DNA of 64,000 bases from Patescibacteria group bacterium (GTDB lineage: Bacteria; Patescibacteriota; Patescibacteriia; PEXW01), in contig JBAZBR010000001.1 of NCBI GenBank assembly GCA_041671325.1, positions 153,771 through 217,770 of the forward strand. The letters are read 5' to 3'. The stretch's first letter is position 1, and the number at the start of each line of letters is the position of its first letter. A model generated the notes under the pieces. That model did not search any database. It had not been told where the DNA came from and saw only the letters and a program-made list of their open reading frames with translations. Below, one piece after another: positions 58,183 to 64,000 of the stretch. Made by a program: the position numbers and the translations under genes.

Positions 58183-59817
58183 TTACAAAGTAATTGTTTG
58201 GTAGCAAAAGTTTGATTTTCCGCTTAAAGCTGCGTTTCTAACGTCGTCCAACAATCGGAGCCAGTTAGAAATGCCGCTCCCGACAGGGGAGGTTTTTGCT
58301 TTAGCGTAGCTCAAGAATTGGGGTTCGAACCGCAATGTTTTGACCAATGACATCTGCACGGCAGTTTGAATATCCCTCAGTGGTTTTTGCGGCTTTATTT
58401 GCAGAATTCCATTAAGAAGAACGAGGTTCGAACCTGTATAACACAGTATTGCCCGTTTGTCCTCAAGGGTGCCATTGTCGAACTGACCTTTCGCGGTATG
58501 AGCAAAGTCAAAGGCATCTTCGCAGGCCTTTAATACATGTTCGAAGCGAGCATCACTATCATTGAGAAGTTCCTTCAGTCGGAATTGTTCTTGCTCAAGG
58601 TCGGACTTCTTCGCTAGGTATTCATCATCATTGAGAAGACCACGCAAGCGCATGTTAACCAATTCTCCAAGTTCCTTTCTGCCTGCCTCAAAACGTCGAT
58701 GCAAAGAATTAAGAGTGGCACTGTCGGCCTTGCGTTCGTCATCATGAAGTTCTTTTAGGATTTCAATAGTCCAATCTCGAATTTCTCGGCTGATCGTGAG
58801 ACTGCCCAAGAAATCGGATATCTGTATTTCCAATGCGGCACGCTCAATTACGCGTTGGGTGCAGTTGACCGAACGCTTTCGTTTTGTACAATGATAGTAA
58901 ATGTACGTACGTCCGTTGCGGTTCGTTTTATGCTCGGCCGTGATAGCAGCGCCGCATTCCCCGCACTTTATCATTCCAGTGAATGCAAAATTATGTTGTT
59001 TCGGTCGAGGCCGGCTTGAAAGCCCCAGTATTTCCTGCACACGGTCGTATTCAGATTTAGAAATCATTGGTTGATGAGAACCAGTGAAGAGTTCGTTGTT
59101 GTAGAGAATAGCTCCATAGTAAAACGGATTTGTAAATATCCGGTAGATTGTCGAATATTGCACTGGACCGCCGCCCATTCGGACAAATTTGCGGGTACGA
59201 AGTGCAAGTTGATCTGTGGCAATCTGAAGCACTTTCCTTGGGGTAAAGCTTCCAGTTATCATCATATCCCACATCTTGCGAACTAAAGGAAACCGGACCG
59301 GATCTTTGATCACCGTATGTGTATTGCGGTCATTTAGATAACCCAAAGGCGGCATTCCTGGCATCCAACCTTGGGCGATTTTCGCCCGGAGGCCGCGTTT
59401 GACGTTGTCAGAGAGATCATCGACGTACTTTTTGGCCATGCCGAATTCAAGTTGCATCCAAAATTTGTCATTACCCGTATTCAGAAATGAACGCTGAGGA
59501 GTGTGGATGACTTTTAGCTTTTGTTCTTCCATCGCCCAGATGACGGCACCGCCATCAACCGGATTTCTGGCCAGGCGGTCAAGCTTCCAGCAGACAACCT
59601 GGTCGATTATTCCCTTTTGGACCAAGGCGAATAGTTGATTAAAGATCGGTCGGCCCGGAGATTTGGCCGATCGGGATTCCGTGAAGACTTTTTCAATGAC
59701 AAGTCCATCGTTTTCTGCAAAGGCCTTCAATTCGCGGACCTGAGATTCAATAGACAATATCTGTCGATCCTCAGATTCGCTCGATTTTCTAGCATAGATA
59801 ATAGTTTTGGACATATG
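58183..59817 (-). CDS. large serine recombinase (second element)
   Basis: YARKSSESEDRQILSIESQ, KLDRLARN, CGECG..YYHC; MSKTII start preferred. Confidence 0.95.
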   Translation of the reverse strand, partial: HMSKTIIYARKSSESEDRQILSIESQVRELKAFAENDGLVIEKVFTESRSAKSPGRPIFNQLFALVQKGIIDQVVCWKLDRLARNPVDGGAVIWAMEEQKLKVIHTPQRSFLNTGNDKFWMQLEFGMAKKYVDDLSDNVKRGLRAKIAQGWMPGMPPLGYLNDRNTHTVIKDPVRFPLVRKMWDMMITGSFTPRKVLQIATDQLALRTRKFVRMGGGPVQYSTIYRIFTNPFYYGAILYNNELFTGSHQPMISKSEYDRVQEILGLSSRPRPKQHNFAFTGMIKCGECGAAITAEHKTNRNGRTYIYYHCTKRKRSVNCTQRVIERAALEIQISDFLGSLTISREIRDWTIEILKELHDDERKADSATLNSLHRRFEAGRKELGELVNMRLRGLLNDDEYLAKKSDLEQEQFRLKELLNDSDARFEHVLKACEDAFDFAHTAKGQFDNGTLEDKRAILCYTGSNLVLLNGILQIKPQKPLRDIQTAVQMSLVKTLRFEPQFLSYAKAKTSPVGSGISNWLRLLDDVRNAALSGKSNFCYQTITL

Positions 59818-59889
59818 GCTAATGTGGTTCATTATTAACCCTACTCCGAACTGCCCCATAGGGGCAACCGAGAAAACGTTCGAACCCGT

Positions 59890-60042
59890 TTAATCGATAT
59901 CAGCATCTGATTTCATCAAGGTTTTAAAAAGATTGGTGAGTCTATTTGCTATCTCCCAGGCTTCCTTATCAGAGAGCTTATGACCAAATTCATCTTCATA
60001 GATGGCCTTAAGTTCTTCAATCGATTTCTGCGCTAATGGCAT
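59890..60042 (-). CDS. small protein upstream of the recombinase (50 aa)
   Basis: MPLAQKSIEELKAIYEDEFGHKLSDKEAWEIANRLTNLFKTL; same pattern as 47953-48123. Confidence 0.75.
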   Translation of the reverse strand: MPLAQKSIEELKAIYEDEFGHKLSDKEAWEIANRLTNLFKTLMKSDADID

Positions 60043-60244
60043 AAGCCCTAACCATAACAATCCCGTTAAGTCTGAACAGAGAGGAAATATTGCCTCTACG
60101 AGCAAACCAACCCAAAATGTCAATTCCTTGGGTCATCCTTGTTTTTATCCACAGCGGGTTGCCTAGAGTGGCAATTGCAGGCATTTGCATCCCTGCCCTA
60201 ATCTTGCTGTTACTGCTAGTTTAGTAATCAGGAGGGTATATTTT

Positions 60245-60532
60245 ATGTCAAAAATCGCTCTTTCCCCGCGATTCCCAAATGATATCCGGCGGATTCGAAG
60301 ATCACGGCATCTAAGATTGAAGGATGTGGCCATTCTTATGGGTCAAAAATCAGTGGCACATATCTCGCACTGGGAAAAAGGTCGGAAGATTCCGTCTTTA
60401 ACAAATCTTTTCAAACTCGCGGCAATTCTGGGTATTCAGCCGGAATTCCTATTCCTCGAACTATACAGGCAGATTCGAAAAGATGTGCATGAACTCAACC
60501 AGAACCATAATATTTTCGAAAGGTATGACTGA
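60245..60532 (+). CDS. XRE-family HTH regulator
   Basis: IRRIRR..L...DVA..MG......ISHWEKG...PSL..L..LA. Confidence 0.88.
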   Translation: MSKIALSPRFPNDIRRIRRSRHLRLKDVAILMGQKSVAHISHWEKGRKIPSLTNLFKLAAILGIQPEFLFLELYRQIRKDVHELNQNHNIFERYD

Positions 60533-60797
60533 CCTTTGAAACGGATTCTCATATTGCATATCATGTTCCTCTATGTCAGCCGCATGATTGCCGGCACAAC
60601 TAATTCATTGGAATACAAGTGATTGTGCCTATTTTATGGGCACGACGCTGAGGCCATCGAGAGATCAGGTTGGGGCAAGATAATGCCTTGGGGAAAATCT
60701 TAGATTTCTACCGACAAATGGATAGGCGATTTTATGCGAAACATAAATGGGGACGAAACAGTATAGTGCCCCCACTTGGCAACTTTATGACACATCG

Positions 60798-61847
60798 TTA
60801 TCGCTTGATAATCTGTCGATATAGCAACAATTCATTTCCCTTAAAGGCGAACTTGCCATTGTCCTCAATGTCATATCGGATCAATGGGTGAACTGAAGTG
60901 TAAAGCCGAGTTGCGATTATACGTCCCCATTCGCAAAGAAATATCGAGACTCCGGAATCATCGACCAATTCAAAGAAATTTTCTTCCCAGGTCGTTTTCA
61001 ACCACTCTGGAGGCGACTCTGAGGCCCTATACGGAGTTGAATAGGCAATAGTGCCGAGCTCTCCAGATTCAATCCACTCAACAAGCCACGGATTTCCAAG
61101 CTTTGCTAATCGATCTCTATCTTTGGACGTTAGCGCCGCGCCGCCAAGAATTACTATGTTTGTTTCGTAATTCGAAAACAGTTCTTTTCCCTTCTCGAGG
61201 GCAGGCATAAATATTTCTCGCAGTACATTTGGTGATGTGGCCAAGATTTGGGGTTTCGTAATGACCAACGCCTTAAACAAGCGGTCCTTTTCAAGTAGTG
61301 CCTCTTTGTCCGATATCTTATACGCAAGAAACCTGAGACCAGTACAATATGTTGTCAACCCGAATTGAATCGCTGCCGACTTGAATATCTTTCCGGATAC
61401 ATGATCGCTCCTATAATTTCCAGATTCCGGTTCCGATTCTATCTGAATTCCAAAATCGTAAGGATATGGATCTGTACCGGGAAAGGTGATAAGAATCTTC
61501 TCTTCATGAAGCTTCAATTCACGAAACAGTTTACTGATTGGCTTCTGCATAATCAAGAATTCATCAGGACTCAAGTAGCTTATGAGTGGCGATCTAAATG
61601 GTTTGCCACCAGTGCTGACTTTCACAAATGAATCGGTAGGTCTTTGCGTCAACAGTTCTTCCACAAAACCATGATCATATAGGTTTGCGAGTTCTGACCT
61701 ATTGACAATCGGGATATTTCTAAAATCATTAATGGTGCATATCTCACGAATATGAATTCTGTTTCTCCAAAATATTGATTTATGACAATTCTCGACGACC
61801 TCCTTCAATTTTGGCAGGCTTGATAATATGTATTCATTTTCAGTCAT
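60798..61847 (-). CDS. phenylacetate-CoA ligase (PaaK)-like adenylating protein
   Basis: F..IPIV.R.EL, STGG P-loop, ESGELG, G.I..T.L....PLIRY.I.D. Confidence 0.7.
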   Translation of the reverse strand: MTENEYILSSLPKLKEVVENCHKSIFWRNRIHIREICTINDFRNIPIVNRSELANLYDHGFVEELLTQRPTDSFVKVSTGGKPFRSPLISYLSPDEFLIMQKPISKLFRELKLHEEKILITFPGTDPYPYDFGIQIESEPESGNYRSDHVSGKIFKSAAIQFGLTTYCTGLRFLAYKISDKEALLEKDRLFKALVITKPQILATSPNVLREIFMPALEKGKELFSNYETNIVILGGAALTSKDRDRLAKLGNPWLVEWIESGELGTIAYSTPYRASESPPEWLKTTWEENFFELVDDSGVSIFLCEWGRIIATRLYTSVHPLIRYDIEDNGKFAFKGNELLLYRQIIKR

Positions 61848-61856
61848 ACGGTCATA

Positions 61857-62615
61857 TTATACCATGTTATATCGACAGTCATACAAATCGATGTCCAAAA
61901 GAGGGAAATATTCATTGAGTAGTCTAAACAACATAAGTACCGCTGGGCGTTCTAATGCATAATCATCGCAATTAATAGTGCAAAGCCCAAGATCCCTTGC
62001 GTATCGAATCGCGAAATCATCGGGATCGCCACTTAAGTAGCATTGGACTCCAATGTCACTCATAAAATCAATATCTTGAAGTGACATGGCCGAGCCAGCT
62101 ACGATACCGACCCGCTCAATAATATTCATTGGATCACCAGCGACAACAATATATTCAGGGTTTAATCTGGAATTGACATACACGGCGAATTCGCTCAGTG
62201 TCGTGGAGGGCATGGTTGTTACCACGTATTCGCCTGTTTGTGAAACAACCCGCAACTCAAGATTTGCGGCTAGTTGATACCCGGTGCCATGACTGGCCCT
62301 ATCAAGGTTATCATGAAGACTGTAAATCGCAATATTTGAACGATTTAAAAGATCGGTAATTTTACCCCACCATTTTTCGGGAGGAGGCCCAAACTTGGAT
62401 TGGAGAAGGAGGGGCCTATGAGTTATCAAGAGATCACACCTAGTATTGATACAATAACTGATCACATCGAGTGTTTTCTCATAGGAGACCACCACTCGCT
62501 TAACACCTATTCGATCTGATCCCCATTGAAGTCCGCTGGTATCCTGGGGGCCCTGTAAAGAGAGTGGAAAACGGGCCTCGAGGTAATCGATAATGGTTTT
62601 AGCATTCATTATCAC
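61857..62615 (-). CDS. Nif3-like dinuclear metal centre protein
   Basis: D.SGLQ.G, LLITHRPL, YSLHDNLD, VGIVAGS, YLSGD. Confidence 0.88.
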   Translation of the reverse strand: MIMNAKTIIDYLEARFPLSLQGPQDTSGLQWGSDRIGVKRVVVSYEKTLDVISYCINTRCDLLITHRPLLLQSKFGPPPEKWWGKITDLLNRSNIAIYSLHDNLDRASHGTGYQLAANLELRVVSQTGEYVVTTMPSTTLSEFAVYVNSRLNPEYIVVAGDPMNIIERVGIVAGSAMSLQDIDFMSDIGVQCYLSGDPDDFAIRYARDLGLCTINCDDYALERPAVLMLFRLLNEYFPLLDIDLYDCRYNMV

Positions 62616-63294
62616 AATATCGAATTGCTAGCCTTATTGCGAGTTTAGCCGCCAAGCGTTTAGCGAGCCGGCATTGGGTGAGAAGAGTTGGAATTCCCCG
62701 TACAACCTTAAGGCTCTGACCAAGGATCAAGTTATCGGAAACGTATAGAACCGCGATTGCTTGCACACCTCGAAAGCTACATTCATACATAAGCTCTGCC
62801 GCTTCTTGATCGATTACGGATACATAATTGCGCATGTCAAGTGGCACATTCCGCATTGCACTGACCAGATAGTTGACCGAACCACAACTTGCCACTCGCA
62901 CGGGAACATTTGATAATGCCGCTAATGAAAGAGCGTCCTTTATTAGCTTCGGGTCTAAGATCGTAACCTTTCCATCCAAAGTGGTAGTATAATTCGGTAT
63001 CACCAGGGTACCTATATTAATATGGGGATCGATACTTGCGCAAGCACCGCAGGATACGATTAACCGGAGAGCAGGAGGAAATGCATGCACGCATTTATGA
63101 GCTTCAATTCTTCCTTGGACAAAGTAGACGGATAGATAGATTGATCCGACGGTGAGGAATACATTATTGGATACTTTTTGGGCTGTAACAATAGGCGCTG
63201 CAGTCGCCATAAACCATTTCTGTTTCCATGCATAACCGTAGTGAGGAATTCTATTGCCACACATCACCAAGGATGATAACGCAGGGCTATTCAT
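62599..63294 (-). CDS. nucleoside phosphorylase-fold protein
   Basis: SCGACASID..I.IG.LVIP, VIDQEAA, VLYVSDN. Confidence 0.75.
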   Translation of the reverse strand: MNSPALSSLVMCGNRIPHYGYAWKQKWFMATAAPIVTAQKVSNNVFLTVGSIYLSVYFVQGRIEAHKCVHAFPPALRLIVSCGACASIDPHINIGTLVIPNYTTTLDGKVTILDPKLIKDALSLAALSNVPVRVASCGSVNYLVSAMRNVPLDMRNYVSVIDQEAAELMYECSFRGVQAIAVLYVSDNLILGQSLKVVRGIPTLLTQCRLAKRLAAKLAIRLAIRYCDNEC

Positions 63295-64000
63295 GAGGTG
63301 TCCCCCAGTCGAATCTTAGCGGAATTTCCTTTTCTCGAAATACAATCCAATCCTCATCGATAAGGCGATATATCCTTTCAACCGTACCATAGTGTTTTAG
63401 GAGGGCAATCTGCGGTCGCGGATTAGCCTCTGCGCACATCATCATTACATTGTTAATACTTGGTTCGATAAGGCCAGCGTTTAGAAAATCACGTACCGGC
63501 TGAAACTGAACCGCGACATTACTCGGAAAGCCGGTTGCGGATTTGACATCGCGAAGAATTGCCTCAATATCGTCTTTTGTCGTATGCTCATGAATAATTA
63601 TTTTAAACTCAACGTTTGTGAATCTGGAAGCGTTGGACAAGGATTCCATCACCAAATCATAGGCGTCTTGCCCCGATGTATCACGGTATTTCCCTCGCGT
63701 ATCCTTTATATCAATTTTCACCGCATCGGCGTATTGACACATTGCAGTAACTCGGTCAGGAAATAATCCGTTAGTGGAAAATAATGTGGTAATTCCTTCG
63801 GCTTGTAGTGCATTCATAATTGAAATAGCGGCTTTGAAGTGGAGGGTGATTTCGCCACCAGTAACTACGACGGTATTGTAATATTCAAGCTCCCTTAATC
63901 TGATAAGAATTTCATTTACGGGCACGTCGGGGAATCTTTTTTCTAGAAAGTCGCGCCGGTGACAATAGTAACAGCGACAATTGCATGGGCCGGCTAATAT
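63287..64000 (-). CDS. radical SAM protein (5'-truncated by window edge)
   Basis: Frame is open to the window end and contains CNCRCYYC (CxxxCxxC), VTGGE, STNG, IDIK. Confidence 0.9.
   Translation of the reverse strand: MLAGPCNCRCYYCHRRDFLEKRFPDVPVNEILIRLRELEYYNTVVVTGGEITLHFKAAISIMNALQAEGITTLFSTNGLFPDRVTAMCQYADAVKIDIKDTRGKYRDTSGQDAYDLVMESLSNASRFTNVEFKIIIHEHTTKDDIEAILRDVKSATGFPSNVAVQFQPVRDFLNAGLIEPSINNVMMMCAEANPRPQIALLKHYGTVERIYRLIDEDWIVFREKEIPLRFDWGTPHE

Larger units (their letters stand above)
43492..58263. mobile_element. integrative element 1 (~14.8 kb) at the tRNA-Gln 3' end
   Basis: CGGAGCCA at 43492-43499 and 58256-58263; encodes a recombinase, primase, DUF5659 protein, TA pair and cargo. 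Confidence 0.75.
58256..64000. mobile_element. integrative element 2 (extends past window end)
   Basis: Second recombinase, small partner ORF, XRE regulator and biosynthetic-like cargo, beginning at the shared CGGAGCCA core. Confidence 0.65.

Noticed and set aside
60145-60153. Perfect DnaA box TTATCCACA
   Set aside because: Single occurrence with no cluster or DUE, so insufficient to call an origin
43500-64000. Prophage
   Set aside because: No terminase, capsid, portal or tail genes are recognisable

Overview
Chromosomal window from a small-genome bacterium, most likely CPR/Patescibacteria. This is inferred from gene content, Asn-rich secreted proteins and dispersed GC-rich palindromes. The genetic code is 11 (TGA terminates atpG and ftsX). 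Housekeeping content: M16 peptidase, metG, rsmI, a complete F0F1 ATP synthase operon, prmC-prfA-rpmE, rpsB-tsf, rpmG, ftsEX, and six intact tRNA genes (Thr-GGT, Thr-TGT, Trp-CCA, Thr-CGT, Gly-CCC, Gln-TTG). Main accessory features: (1) A complete diversity-generating retroelement at 5851-8481, with 12 adenine-specific TR/VR mismatches and an antisense avd whose start may be switched by a G8 tract. (2) Four intact tRNAs each have an adjacent 'ghost' copy carrying short hairpin insertions at the same anticodon position (35/36) and in other loops; one ghost brackets a GIY-YIG nuclease gene. (3) Two tandem large-serine-recombinase elements at tRNA-Gln share an 8-bp core inside the recombinase ORFs, so integration or excision would swap their C-terminal tails. 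(4) A 2.7 kb island is bounded by a synonymously recoded duplicate of a VirB4/TraG-like gene end. Also present: a tRNA-Trp mini-island, heliorhodopsin, candidate sRNAs, an M23/T9SS-CTD protein, a Panacea toxin-antitoxin pair, and a truncated radical SAM cluster. All alignments were done by eye; no database searches were run.
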